This document shows, one piece after another, positions 1-12,539 of a DNA stretch of 64,000 nt. Each line of letters starts with the position of its first letter. Position 1 is the stretch's first letter. The notes below the pieces were generated by a model that saw only the letters and a program-made list of their open reading frames with translations, had not been told where the DNA came from and made no database searches. This DNA comes from Malacoraja senta (lineage: Eukaryota), in NCBI GenBank assembly GCA_038087875.1, contig CM075989.1, positions 1,054,001 through 1,118,000 of the forward strand, written 5' to 3'. A program made the translations under genes and the position numbers.

Positions 1-446
1 AGCCAAACCAAATTACTGCGTGTTCAGCGGGTTCAATCCAGAGGGCAGCTGGGCTGCGGGCAGGGCGGAACACTGTGGACGGCTGGCCGAGTGTGAATCG
101 ACTGTGAGTCGGCGGCGACCAAATGACTGCGAGTCGGGGTGGGGGCAGGGGTGACGTAACTCGCAGCTCGAGGAAAAAAGTGCCCAACAGGCTGCACGTT
201 GTAAACAGTGCGCAGCGGGCCATGAGGAGCAGAGCCATTGTGATGTCATCTGCTCGTTAACTTAAAAAAAAAATTCAGATTTTAATAAATCTCATGAAAT
301 AATTCATCAAATTTTCAGATGAGGCGATTTTTGACATCATGGCGTAAATCGCTATCGGAATATGTAAAAATGTCACCATTAGCGCGTCGTGTTTTTAAGG
401 AGATGTGAATCACAGATGAACATCACACACACAAATACATACACAT

Positions 447-2345
447 TTTTACGTTTTACGCACGCTTTGATGTGCCTTCCCGAGCCCCCATTCGCTGTGA
501 TGGTATTTCAGTCTCAGTCACAGAGGCCGACGTCAGGAAATCCTTCAGAGGGGTGAACCCTCGAAAAGCGCCTGGACCTGACGGTATTCCTGGTCGTGTT
601 CTAAAAACCTGTGCGGACCAACAGGCTGGAGTTTTTACGGACATTTTCAACCTCTCACTTCTGAAGTCTGAGGTTCCCACCTGCTTCAAAAGGGCATCAA
701 TTATATAATTTATGAACCTATATCCAATGATGTATTATTAGTAAATTATTCCATTCCTCTTTATCATGCCTTTTTTTTCTCTTTCTTTCCTACTTTCTAT
801 CTATAAAAAAAAACTAGAAGCAGAATCAATACACAACTGATAATATTATTAATGTACGATTGATATACATGAAATGTTTTATTATGATATGTGCTTGCTT
901 CTAATAAAAATATATATCTTTTTAAAAAGGGCATCAATTATACCAGTGCCAAGAAGAGTAAGGTAACATGCCTCAATGACTATCGACCTGTGGCACTAAC
1001 GCCTGTGGTGATGAAGTGGAGAGGTTGATCATGGCGCAACTCAACTCCTACCTCGACAAAAACATGGACCCACTGTCATTCGCTTACCGCCACAACAGAT
1101 CAACGGTGGATGCGATCTCGCTGGCCCTCCACTCCGCTCTGGACCACTTGGACAACAAAAACTCATATGTCAGGCTGTTATTCATTGATTACAGCTCGGC
1201 ATTTAATACTATCATCCCCTCCAAGCTGGTTACCAAACTCGCAGAACTGGGTCTCTGCGCATCCCTCAGCAATTGGATCCTCGACTTCCTCATTCACAGA
1301 CCACAGTCTGTTCGTATTGGTGGAAATGTGTCAGACTCAATAACAATCAGCACGGGAGCACCTCAAGGCTGCTTGCTCAGCCCCCTGCTGTACTCACTCT
1401 ATACTCATGACTGCGTAGCCGGACATAGTGCGAACTCCATCATCAAGTTCGCTGACGACACCACTGTTGTGGGACGTATCACTGATAGGGATGAGTCAGA
1501 GTATAGAAGAGAGTTCGAGCAACTGTCCAAATGGTGCCAGCACAATAACCTGGCCCTCAACACCAGCAAAACCAAGGAACTGATTGTGGACTTTGGAAGG
1601 AGTAGGATGGGGACCCACAGTCCCGTTTATATCAACGGGCCGATGGTTGAAAGGGTCAAGAGCTTCAAATTCCTGGGCGTGCACATCTCTGATGATCTTT
1701 CCAGGTCCGAGAACACTGATGCAATTATCAAGAAAGCACATCAGCGCCTCTACTTCCTGAGATGATTACGGAGAGTCGGTTTGTCAAGGAGGACTCTCTC
1801 TAACTTCTACAGGTGCACAGTAGGGAGCATGCTGACCGGTTGCATCATGGCTTGGTTCGGCAACTTGAGCACGCTGGAGTGGAAAAGACGACAAAAATTA
1901 GTAAACACTGCCCAGTCCATCATCGGCTCTGACCTCCCTTCCATCGAAGGGATCTATCGCAGTCGCTGCCTCAAAAAGGCTGGCAGTATCATCAAAGACC
2001 CACACCATCCTGGCCACACACTCATCTCCTTGCTGCCTTCGGGTAGAAGATACAGGAGCCTGAGGACTGCAACGTCCAGGTTCAGGAATAGCTACTTCCA
2101 CACAGCAAGCAGGCTATTAAACTTGGCTCGGACAAAACTCTGAACATTAATAGCCCATTAACCGTTATTTGAACTTTATCAGTTTATTTATTCATGTGTG
2201 TATATATTTATAGAATGGTATATGGACACACTGATCTGTTTTGTAGTCAATGCCTACTATGTTCTGTTGTGCTGAAGCAAAGCAAGAATTTCATTGTCCT
2301 ATCAGGGACACATGACAATAAACTCACTTGAACTTGAACTTGAAC
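447..2345 (+). mobile_element. Rex1/Babar-clade non-LTR retrotransposon, 5'-truncated, disrupted RT
   Basis: ORFs 472-708, 1016-1765 and 1781-2143 contain [43 protein letters not shown] and LPSGRRYRS. The 3' tail is (TTGAAC)n at 2328-2345. Confidence 0.9.
706..924 (+). mobile_element. L1-type 3'UTR fragment inserted in Rex1
   Basis: 18-bp TSD AAAAGGGCATCAATTATA at 688-705 and 925-942. The AT-rich insert ends cttctaataaa, like the L1 3' end near 46900. Confidence 0.7.
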
Positions 2346-2379
2346 ATCCAAGATCAGAGTTTTATAAGTATAAAGATAA

Positions 2380-4176
2380 GGGGGAAAAGGGAAACTAGAG
2401 AGTGGAAGCACTCAGGAATCAAAGCGGTCAACTCTGTGTGGAGCCACAGGAGATGGGAAAGGTCCTCAATGAGTATCACTTCTCTGAATTTACCGAGGAT
2501 AAAGACAGAGGAACTTGGGATAGTCAATGGAAGTGTACTGAGAGCAGTCAGTGTTACGGTTGAAGAGGTGCGGAAGGTACTATCGTGTATGAAGGTAGAC
2601 AAATCTACAGGGCCTAATCAAATATATCTGAGGACGTTGTGGGAAACTAGAGAGGAAATTACAGGAGCCCTGGTTGAAATTTACGAGTCGTCTTTAAATA
2701 CAGGAGAGGTGACGGAAGACTGGAGGGTGGCAAATGTTGAGCCTCTATTCAAGAAGGGCTGCTTAGAAAATGCTGGGAACAAGAGGCTAGTGAGCTTAAC
2801 ATCTGTAGATGGAAATTTACTAAAAGGTATTCTGAGGGAAGAACATACAATCATTTAGATGGACGAGGGCTGATTAGGGATAGTATGGTTTTGTACGTGC
2901 GAGGTTGTGTCTCATAAATCTGATTGTGTTTTATGAAGAAGTGGCCAAAAAGGTAGATGAAGGCAGAGGTGTAGTTGTTGTATATCTGGACTTCAGTAAA
3001 GCATTCGCCAAGCCTCCTCATGGTTGGCTGCTCGAAGGTTCGATCACATGGGATCCAAGGAGAGATAGGTGAATGGATAGAAAATCGGCGTCATGGAAGG
3101 AAGCAGAGGGTGATGGTGGAAGGTTGTTTCTCGGACTGGAGGCCTGTGAATAGTGGTGTGCCTCAGGGTTCGGTACTGGACCCATTACTATTTGTCATCT
3201 ACATCACTAATTTGGATGAGTACATACAGGGCAAGATTAGCAGGTTTGCAGGCGATACAAAAGTGGGTGGTTTTGCAGATAGTGAAGATGGTTGTGAAAA
3301 ATTCTGGCAGGATGTTGATCAATTGGCCAAGTAGGCTGAGGAATGGTTGATGGAATTTAATGCAGAGAAATGAGAGGTGTTGCATTTTGGGAAGTCTAAC
3401 ATGGGCGGGATCTATGCAGTGAATGGTAGGGCTCCAGGGAGTGTTGTAGAGCAGAGGGATCTAGGGGTGCAGGTGCATAGTTCCCTGAAGGTGGATTGGG
3501 TGACCAAACAGGCCTTTGCCACTTTGGCCTTCATCTACCATAGTATAGAAGTTGGGAGGTTATGTTGCAGTTGTATAAGACGTTGGTGAGGCCACATTTA
3601 TATAGTTTTGTGTTCAGTTCTGGGCACCATGTTATAGGAAAGATATTGTCAAGCTTGAAAGGGTTCAGAGAAGATTCACGAGGATTTTGCCAGGACTACA
3701 AGGGTAGACCTTTTGGGAGATGTTGGGTCGGCTGGGACACTATCCCTTGAAGCAGGTGGTTGAGGGGTGATCTTATAGAGGTGTATAAGATCATGGGAGG
3801 AATTGATCGGGTAGATGCCCAGAGTAAGTTTATTCGAGGACCAGAGGACTTAGGTTTAAGGTGTAGGGGAAAATATTTTTATCAGAATCTGAGGGGTGCT
3901 CTCTCTATCCTTTTTCTTATTAAAGTTTAAAATAAGAAGTGGTACAAGAAATGTATAATTTTATGTTTGTTTGAGATCACTGCACTGTACAATACTTCTA
4001 ATTAAAAAAAAATTAAAAAATAAAAGAATCTGAGGGGTAACTTTTTCACACAAAGAGTGATGGATATATGGAACATCCCTCGATGTTTGGAGGGATATGG
4101 ACCAAATGCCGGTGTTGGCAATTTGGGCCGAAGGGCCTGTTTCCACACTGTATCACTCTCTGACTATGACTCTATG
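2380..4176 (+). mobile_element. CR1 (HER1-like) LINE, 5'-truncated, degenerate
   Basis: ORF2 fragments DWRVANVEPLFKKG, SGVPQGSVL, LYKTLVRPHL. 3' end gggccgaagggcctgtttcc plus a (ctatga)-like tail. Confidence 0.9.
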
Positions 4177-4271
4177 TGGCCAGTGGGGAGTGGGAGAGGG
4201 AGGGAACATAAAAAGTGGGAAAAAAAGACAGTAGTTTGGTCTTGTTAGAGTAAAAACAAGGCTGCCAGTAT

Positions 4272-5826
4272 TAGATTCAGATTCAGATTCAGATTCAACT
4301 TTATTGTCATTGTGCAGTGTACAGTACAGAGACAACGAAATGCAGTTAGCATCTCCCTAGAAGAGCGACATAAATATGAGCAGTAAATAAATAAATCTAA
4401 TAAATCCTGGTGGGAGGAGTGTCCGGGGGGGGGGGGGGGTGTGATTGGCAGTCACCGAGGTACAGTGTTGAGTAGTGTAACCGCCGCAGGGAAGAAGCTG
4501 TTCCTGGACCTGCTGGTCCGGCAACGGAGAGACCTGTAGCGCCTCCCGGATGGTAGGAGGGTAAACAGTCTGTGGTTGGGGTGAGAGCAGTCCTTGGCGA
4601 TGCTGAGCGCCCTTCGCAGACAACGCTTGCTTTGGACAGACTCAATGGAGGGGAGTGAGGAACCGGTGATGCGTTGGGCAATTTTCACCACCCTCTGCAG
4701 TGCTTTCCGGTCGGAGACAGAGCAGTTGCCATACCATACTGTGATGCAGTTGGTAAGGATGCTCTCGATGGTGCAGCGGTAGAAGTTCACCAGAATCCGA
4801 GGAGACAGATGGACCTTCTTTAGTCTCCTCAGGAAGAAGAGACGCTGGTGAGCCTTCTTGACCAGAGTTGAGGTATTGTTGGTCCAAGAGAGGTCATCGG
4901 AGATGTTGACCCCCAGGAACCTGAAGCTGGAAACACGTTCCACCTCCCTCCCGTTAATGTGGATGGGGGTGTGCGTGCCGCCCCTAGACTTCCTGAAGTC
5001 TACAATGAGCTCCTTGGTCTTCTTGGAGTTAAGGGCCAGGTTGTTGTCAGCGCACCATGCTGCTAGGAGCTGGACCTCCTCCCTATAGGCCGACTCATCG
5101 TTGTTGCTGATGAGGCCAATCACCGTTGTATCATCTGCATACTTGATGATGGTGTTAGTACCATGTACAGGTGTGCAGTCGTAGGTGAAGAGGGAGTAGA
5201 GGAGGGGGCTCAGCACACAGCCCTGTGGAACGCCGGTGTTCAGGGTGAGGGTTGAAGAGGTGTGCTTGTCTAACCTAACAGACTGAGGTCTGTTGGTTAG
5301 AAAGTCCAGTATCCAGTTGCAGAGGGAGGGATCGATGCCCAGGTCACCGAGTTTGGTGATCAGTTTAGAGGGTATGATGGTGTTGAATGCTGAGCTGTAA
5401 TCGATGAACAGCATTCTTACGTAAGTGTCTCTGTTGTCGAGGTGGGAGAGGGCGGAGTGAAGTGCCGTTGAGATGGCATCCTCCGTACTCCTGTTCTTGC
5501 GGTAGGCAAACTGATAGGGATCCAACGTGGGGGGTAGGCAGCCTTTGAGGTGTGCCAGGACCAGCCTCTCGAAGCACTTGGCGATGATGGGGGTAAGTGC
5601 AACTGGGCGGAAGTCGTTGAGGCTTGCCGCAGTGGAGTGTTTTGGCACCGGCACAATGGAGGTGGATTTAAGGCACGTGGGCACAACTGCTTGGGCAAGT
5701 GACAGGTTGAAGATGTCAGTCCAGACGTCTGTCAGCTGCGCAGCACAGGCCCTGAGGACGCGCCCGGGGATGCCGTCGGGGCCAGCAGCCTTACGTGCAT
5801 TAGTCCTACTCAGTGCCACGTAGGGA
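4272..5826 (-). mobile_element. Rex1/Babar retrotransposon, young, 5'-truncated
   Basis: Uninterrupted RT frame followed by a 3'UTR with gacaataaag and a (TCTGAA)n tail at 4272-4298. Confidence 0.92.
4452..5825 (-). CDS. Rex1 reverse transcriptase, C-terminal ~457 aa, no native start
   Basis: [42 protein letters not shown] and KYADDT in one frame with no stops. Confidence 0.85.
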   Translation of the reverse strand, partial: PYVALSRTNARKAAGPDGIPGRVLRACAAQLTDVWTDIFNLSLAQAVVPTCLKSTSIVPVPKHSTAASLNDFRPVALTPIIAKCFERLVLAHLKGCLPPTLDPYQFAYRKNRSTEDAISTALHSALSHLDNRDTYVRMLFIDYSSAFNTIIPSKLITKLGDLGIDPSLCNWILDFLTNRPQSVRLDKHTSSTLTLNTGVPQGCVLSPLLYSLFTYDCTPVHGTNTIIKYADDTTVIGLISNNDESAYREEVQLLAAWCADNNLALNSKKTKELIVDFRKSRGGTHTPIHINGREVERVSSFRFLGVNISDDLSWTNNTSTLVKKAHQRLFFLRRLKKVHLSPRILVNFYRCTIESILTNCITVWYGNCSVSDRKALQRVVKIAQRITGSSLPSIESVQSKRCLRRALSIAKDCSHPNHRLFTLLPSGRRYRSLRCRTSRSRNSFFPAAVTLLNTVPR

Positions 5827-5846
5827 ATGTCAATTGAAGAAGAATA

Positions 5847-6345
5847 TTCAATCAATCAATCAATCAATCAAGTTTTATTTGTCACTTGCACATAAGTGCA
5901 AGTGAAATGAATTTGCCAGCAGCGGTACAGTAAAAAAGAACACACAATACACAATAAAAAATAAAAAAATAAAAAAATAAAAAATAAAAAAATGTAACAC
6001 AAACATCCACCACAGCATTCATCACTGTGGTGGAAGGCACAACATTTGGCCAGTCCTCCTCTATTTTCCCCCGTGGTCGGGACCACAACCCTCCGCAGCC
6101 ACCACTGCGGGCATCCAGATGTACAGACAGGGTAAGTCCAGGTAAGTCCTGAATCGTTGCCTCCCCACCGGAGACCGCGGCTTCAAGATGGTGTAGGCGG
6201 TCGAAGATTTAAACTCCCCACCGCGCCGCAGCCAGAAGCACCGCAGACCGCAGGGCCGGCGGTCCCAGCTCCTCTCCAGGGATCCACGGCGAGGGACCCC
6301 GCTCTGGACGGTGGAGCTCTGACGTGGCCCTGTGGGATCAAGTGA
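5847..6345 (-). mobile_element. GC-rich non-autonomous retroposon with Rex1/L2-like tail (3' part)
   Basis: (TTGA)n tail. The gccttccaccacagtg..tgtggtggatg block is shared with 51533-51581 and 46983-47012. Confidence 0.6.
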
Positions 6346-6417
6346 ATCCATTAATGTGTATAGAGGAGAGGTAAATGTAAGATAAATCTAGAGGGAATAA
6401 CATGGAGAAATTAGTGG

Positions 6418-6712
6418 TTTAGTTTAGAAACATTCAAAAAATTGGTGCAGGAAGAGGCCATTGGTCCTTTGAGCCTGCACCACCATTCATTGTGATCATG
6501 GCTGATCATCCACAATCAGTAACCCATGCCTGCCTTCTCCCCATATCACTTGATTCCACTAGCCCCTCGAGCTCTATCTGACTCTCTCTTAAATTCATCC
6601 AGTGAATTGGCCTCCACTGCCTTATGTGGCCGAGAATTCCACAAATTCACAACTCTCTGGGTGAAAAGGTTTTTTCTTATCTCAATTTTAAATGGCCTCC
6701 CCTTTATTCTGC
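6418..6712 (-). mobile_element. CR1 3' end fragment
   Basis: Reverse complement matches the CR1 3' ends at 17870-18140 and 61912-62068. Confidence 0.8.
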
Positions 6713-7189
6713 CAGAAAGCTGATTTACAAATGTGTGGAAAAGCCTCTCACGGACTGAGCCGTCCAGATTTCCTTGTCAGTGGGACAAGGTTAGGGCAGG
6801 GAGCCAGTCTGTGGCGAGTCGTTAAACGTACGTGTGGCAAAGTGATGTGCAGCTGCCCTCTGCTGGCGGGGTGCAGAGCTACAACCGATTCTGCTCCAAA
6901 TGTGTTTTTAATAACAAACGTCCAGAGGAACTCCACGCTGTGGTAATTGGTGACAGCTTCCTCACAGATATATGATCATTTTGCAGTTGAACATTGAGAT
7001 CAGTTGAAAGAAAACATGAACCCTTCCCATCTAACATAGAACTAATGTGAATGGTCGGCATGGACATGTGGGGCTGAAGGGCCAGTTTCCACGCTGTATC
7101 TTTCAATCAATCCTGACTAATGGGAGGTTTGGCAAAACAAAATATACACGTCCAGAGGAGATAAAACAGGTACATACCACGTATCAAGC

Positions 7190-7326
7190 AGCACAGTGGT
7201 GCAGCCCACAGAACTGCTGCCTCAAAGCCCAGAGACCAGGGTGAGATCCTGACCTCCAGCTCTGTCTGTGTGGAGTTTACATGTTGTTCCCTTGAGTATG
7301 CCAGGGTGCTGCAGTTTCCTCCCAAA
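7190..7326 (+). mobile_element. HE1-like tRNA-derived SINE, degenerate 5' part
   Basis: gcacagtggtgcagc..ctgctgcctc..gatcctgacct..tgtctgtgtggagttt, matching the other SINE heads in the window. Confidence 0.6.
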
Positions 7327-7334
7327 GAAATAGA

Positions 7335-9166
7335 GAACATACAGGAGAAAAGATGAAATGCGAGGTAAGCGTGCCAATAATGTAAAAGAGGATGGCAAGA
7401 ATTTCTTCAGTTATATAAAGAGCAGGAAAGTGGCTAGAGTGGACGTTGGACCACTGGAGAATCATGCAGGAGAAGTGATAATGACAATAAAGAAATAGCA
7501 GAGGAGTTGAAGAACTGTTTTACATCAGTCTTCACAGTGGAAGACACCAATAATGAAATTAATTATGGAAGTTAGTGGAGTGGCTATTACTGGGGAGAAG
7601 GGAAGCTGAAAGGGCTGAAGGTGGATAAGTCACCTGGACCAGATGGACTGCACCCTCGGGTTCTGAAAGAGGTGGCTTTAGAGATTGTGGAGGCATTGAT
7701 AGTGATACGTCAGGAATCAATAGAGTCAATAGTGCTAGAGTCAATAGTGGTTCCAGATGATTGGAAAACTGCCAAAATTACCCTGCTGCACAAAAAGGCA
7801 GCAAGGCAGAATAGTGGGTGGTTAGTCTGACGTCAGTGGTTGGTAAGATTTTAGAGTCCATTATAAAGGATAAGGTTACGGACTAAGAAGTTCATGATAA
7901 AATAGGCCAGTCAGCATGGTTTTGTGAAAGGGAGGTCTTGCTTGACAAATTTGCTGGAATTCTTTGAAGAAGTAAATAGCAGGACAGATAAAGGAGAGTC
8001 AGTAGATGTTGCTTAATGTCAAATGTCACTTAGATGTTCAGAAAGCCTTTGATACGGTGCCACACTGTCGGCTGCTTTGGAAAATAAGAGCCCACGGTAT
8101 CAAAGGGCAGATACTAACATGGATAGCAGGTTGGCTGGATGGCAGAAGACAGAATGGCAATAAAGGGGACTTTTTCTGGTTGGTTGCCAGTGATTAGTGG
8201 AGTTCCGCAAGGGTCAGTGCTGGGGCCACTGCTCTTCGCATTGTATATTAATGAATTGGGCGAGGAGATTGAAGGTTCTGTGGCAAAGTTTGTGAATGAT
8301 ATGAAAATAGGTGGAGGGGCAGGTAGTGTAGAGAAAGCAGGACTCTGCAGAAGGACCTGGACAGGTTAGGAGAGTGGACAGAGAAGTGGCAGATGAAATA
8401 TAGTGTTGCAAAGTGTGGAGTCGTGCATATTGGTAGAAGAAATAAAGGCGTAGACTATTTTATAAATGGGGTGAGAATCCAGAAATTGGAGGTGCAAAGG
8501 TACTTGGGAATGCTGGTGAAGGATTCCCAAAAGAAAATCAAAAAGAAAGCAAACTCAATGCTAGCATTTATTTCAAGAGGGCTTATATATGAAAAATGTA
8601 ATGTTGAGGTTCCATAAAGCGCTTGGTCAGGCCGCGTTTGGAATATTATGAGCAATTTTGCACACCATATCTGAGGTAGGATGTGCTGGCTCTGGAGAAG
8701 ATCCAGAGGTTTACAGAATGATCCTAGGATTCAGTAGGTTAACTCATGATGAGTGTTTGGCGGCACTGGGCCTGTATTCACTGGAGTTTAGAAGAATGTG
8801 GGGGGACCTAACCGAATAGTGAAAGGCTTGGATAGAGTGGATGTGGAGAAGATGTTTCCACTAGTGGGAGAGTCCAGGACGAGAGGTCATAGCCTCAGAA
8901 TTAAAGGATGTTCTTTTAGGAAGGAGATGAGTAGAAATTTCTTTCGTCAACGGGTGGTGAATCTGTGGAATTCTTTGCAGCAGAGGTCATCAGAGGATAT
9001 TTTTAAGGCAGAGATAGATAGATTCTTGATTAAAGGTGTCAGAGGTTATGGGGAGAAGGCAGGAGAATGTGGTTAGGAGGGAGAGATAGATCAGTTATGA
9101 TTGAATGGTGGAGTAGACTTGATGGGCCGAATGGCCTAATTCTACTCCTATTACATAACCTTATGA
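7335..9166 (+). mobile_element. CR1 LINE, degenerate ORF2
   Basis: DKSPGPDGLHPRVLKE, KAFDTVPH, SGVPQGSVLGPLLF, SRTRGHSL, followed by a CR1 3'UTR. Confidence 0.9.
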
Positions 9167-9169
9167 TAA

Positions 9170-9417
9170 TATAGGTTTAAGGTGAGGGGGTTTAATAGGA
9201 ACCTGAGGGGTAACTATTTTACACAAAGGGTGGAGCTGCTGGAGGAGTTAGTTTAGGCAGGGACTGTCTCAATGGTTAAGAAACATTGAGACAGGCACAT
9301 GGTTAGGATAGGTTTACAGGGATATGGGCCAATCACAAGCAGGTGGGACTAGTGTTGATGGGACACAGTGGTCAAAGTGGGCTGATGGACCAGTTTCCAC
9401 ACTGTATCACTCGCTGA
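9170..9417 (+). mobile_element. CR1 3' fragment
   Basis: Similar to the 3' ends at 3850-4160 and 52460-52660. Confidence 0.75.
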
Positions 9418-11157
9418 CATGCTTTATGAAGGTCCACTGACTGGGTTAGGTGAATCAGGAGAGTGTTGGTGGGTTTGGGAGAGAGAACAGGGCACGCGGA
9501 CATAAGTGGGGAAGTGATGGATTTGCTCTGAGATCTGACAACTCCTTCACCCAATCATATAACATTACCTGCAAACATCTTCATACATAGCACAAAGTAG
9601 AAACTTCTTAGTGCATAGAGAAACATACCATTGAAGGCAACCAATCACGGGTGACGTTGAGGAGACACAGAAACAAAGTAGAAATATCTTTAGGGCAATA
9701 AGAAACTTATAGGTGCAGGTCACCCTTATGCACCAATCACAAGCATGCATTAAGCATCAGTGTTCTGGAGCTCCTGCAAAGCCCAGACTTTGTGGCAACC
9801 AATGGGTCGCAGGTGCAGAAGCTTCCTGAAAGTTCTGCAAAGTTCTAGACTTAGTGGAGCCAGGTCCAGCAACTTGCAAAATGATGTCATCAGCCCATTC
9901 TTACAGACACCCACTTCCCATTTCCCAAGTATCCAAACCCCTGCATATTTACATTCCCCCCTTTTATCATTCCATGATAACCAACTCTTCCCATAAATTA
10001 TCTTTATAAGCAGGGTGAAATGACAATAGTCCATGATTCAGTAGTCCAGCAGTAATGATGATCATGTTTCCATAAGTCTCTGCTTCCCGGGTTTGCATGG
10101 GCATGGATCCTCTTGAGCCCATCACATTAGCATTAGGGTATCTAGATGAAATCTCATTGGATCCTATACCCTGTCAATCTAGTTTAAACCTTCCTGTTTG
10201 GTACTTGGAAACCTGCTGCCAGGTTATGGTTCCCCCTCACTATAGTTCTGTCTCAACTCACTGTACCTGCTGTGCCTCAGAGCCAGGACCTACAGTATGG
10301 CACAGATTACTGTTATTGCTCTCCTTTGAATGTCCATCTTTCCATATCCTTCCAAACCTGTCCTATCCATGTACATATCTAACTGTTTCTTAAATGTTTT
10401 TTTTGATTATTTATTTAGTTATACATCTTTGAAGTAAGATTGCTGTCCTGTTTCTCACCAGCTGTGGGGTGATCTTACAGAGGTGTATAAAATTGAGGGG
10501 AATAGATAGGATAAACGCAGTCTTTTACCCAGGGTAGGGCCATCAAGAGCAAGAGGTCATGGGTTTAAGGTGTTAGGGGCAAGATCTAATATTGTAATAC
10601 TTGACAGTTCTGACGGTAGGTTATTACCCCAACAAGCGACCCATCCTTGCTCCACAGATGTTGCCGGTGTTTCTAACAACCAGTTGTCTTTGTCTCGGTC
10701 CTGCAGAAGCTGCAGTATTTTATTTCCAGATTGACCTTTCATGTCTCCCTGTTCTCCAACTTCCTTTCCTGTTGGTTTGAAGATTGACAGGGGCAGGCCT
10801 TGGTTGATGACAGCAATGGATTGTGAAAAATGATTAAAACCATCTCTGGTCAGTATTCATTTCCATCAGTAGCTTGAATTACTTGGGAATAGGTCAAAAA
10901 TCCCGGGTTGTACATTAATCTGTGTGTAATGTATGCCTGTCAAGTGTCCCTCCCTATATATTTATCCACTTTGGAATCCCTCTGATGTAGACTTCTCTTA
11001 CACGCTGCTAAGGAAAACATTTTATTAAAGGCTGGATAGTTTATAAATGGGACACTTAGTTAAAGTTTGAAAGTCATCAATATGATTTAGTTCATTACAT
11101 TCCTCATGAGCATTCATTTCATGCATTTATAAATTAAGGAATTTGCAAAGGCACCAA

Positions 11158-11493
11158 TGTTTAGTTTAACTTAGTTTAGTTTAGTGATACAGGACGGAAA
11201 CAGGCCCTTCGGCCCACCGGGTCCACATCGACCCACGAACCCTGGACATTAACGCTATCCTAAGCTCTAGGGACAATTTTTACGCTTATACCAAGCCAAT
11301 TTTCGAAAACCTACATACCTGCACGTCTTTGGAGCGTGGGAGGAAACCGAAGATCTTGGAGAAAACCCACGCAGTCACGGGGAGAACGTACAAACTCCGT
11401 GCAGACCGCACCTGTAGTCGGGATTGAACCTGGGTCTCCAGTGTTGCAAGCGCTGTATGGCAGCAACTCAACCGTTGCGCCGTGGTGCCACCC
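11158..11493 (-). mobile_element. HE1-like tRNA-derived SINE, full length
   Basis: Minus-strand head with A-box-like ggcgcaacgg and B-box ggttcaatcc, a CR1-like 3' stem gggccgaagggcctgtttcc, and a (TAAAC)n tail. Confidence 0.9.
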
Positions 11494-11670
11494 TAATTGG
11501 TAATTCAAGCAGCTGATGGAAATATACTTGGAAAAGATGAAAATATAGAGTAATAAGAAATATTTTCCAAAGGTTAAGACAGGCAAAACTGGTGACTTCT
11601 GCAGTGTGGTGTTTACATTCTTTGCAGAATTCAGATTCTGATAAAGCACTTGGGCTACAGGTTCATATGT

Positions 11671-11723
11671 GGGGTGGGAGATTGCAACCTTCACCTGGTT
11701 GACCTGTTTCGACGAATGCAATC
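11671..11723 (+). ncRNA. Minimal HDV-like self-cleaving ribozyme fold (P1 damaged in this copy)
   Basis: P1 GGGGTGG, P2 GATTGCA/TGCAATC, P3 ACC/GGT around loop TTCACCT, mini P4 T-TTCG-A and J4/2 CGAA, all in canonical order. Confidence 0.65.
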
Positions 11724-11809
11724 AACCTGGCATGATCAATCAAGTAAGATCAAATATAACAAGTTGTCCTACAACTTTAGTCTGTGCACGCCATACGCAA
11801 GAAGAAGAC
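11671..11809 (+). mobile_element. Short non-autonomous retroposon (Ingi/Vingi/RTE-like) with a ribozyme head
   Basis: TSD GGTTCATATGT(G) at 11660-11670 and 11810-11820. Internal hairpin AAGTTGT-cct-ACAACTT at 11761-11777. Tail ccatacgcAAGAAGAAG. Confidence 0.75.
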
Positions 11810-11979
11810 GGTTCATATGTGTCTTGTTTCATCTGTGTGTAGGGCATTTGTATGCTAATTGGAAGGCGTAAACATGTGCACTCTCTGTCCAATGGCTGAT
11901 AAGAAGTTAGATCAAGAACTTAAACAGTGTGCCCTTTGTTTTGCAGTTGTGAAACAGGCGCATTGATTGAAAGATCCGG

Positions 11980-12271
11980 CATGAAAATAGGCCATTTGGC
12001 CCACCAAGTCAATGCTGACCGCCGATCACCCATTCACACTATTTCTATGTTAACCCTCTTTTCATCCACTCCCTACACGTTAGGGACAATTTAAAGGCAA
12101 ATTAACCTACAAACCCACACTTCTATGGGATGCAAAGAAAGGGGTGTACCCCAATAGACCCAATACGGTCACAGAGAGAACATGCAAACTCCACATTGAC
12201 AGTACCCGAGGTCAGATCGATCCTGGTTTTCTGGTGCTGTGAGGCAAGAACTCTACCAGCTGTGCTACTGT
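11980..12271 (-). mobile_element. HE1-like SINE, older copy
   Basis: Colinear with 11158-11493. Confidence 0.8.
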
Positions 12272-12539
12272 GATAACCACTGTTCTGCTACTTCCACTTC
12301 TAACAACTGGAGAAGCAAATTCACTTTGGTTTGATCTTATCTCCAGAACTAACGTGCACTCCACTGCTGAACCCATCTGTGGCTTCCATGCAAGCTCGAT
12401 CAAATGCAGACGTCAGAGATGGGATGTTGATCAGTTGCCATCTTTTATGTTTAATTCTGTTGGTGTCCTGCTTATCTTCGCGCAGCTGCCCTAGAACACG
12501 ACAGCGAAGAAAATGGCACTGGCCACCACCGATTGGTAG

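Larger units (their letters stand above)
1..2376 (-). mobile_element. Non-autonomous Helitron, 5' part (3' end outside window), interrupted by Rex1
   Basis: The reverse complement of 237-446 matches the 5' region of the elements at 25451/27091/28967 (taatggtgacat..ttacatattccg..cgcct.atctgaaaat..gatga..tcacaatgg). It resumes after the Rex1 tail at 2345-2376, reading A|TCTTTATACTTATAAAACTCTGATCTTGGATG on the minus strand. Confidence 0.6.

Noticed and set aside
11400..11493. tRNA gene
   Set aside because: The A/B boxes belong to a SINE head followed by SINE core and tail; no full cloverleaf seen.
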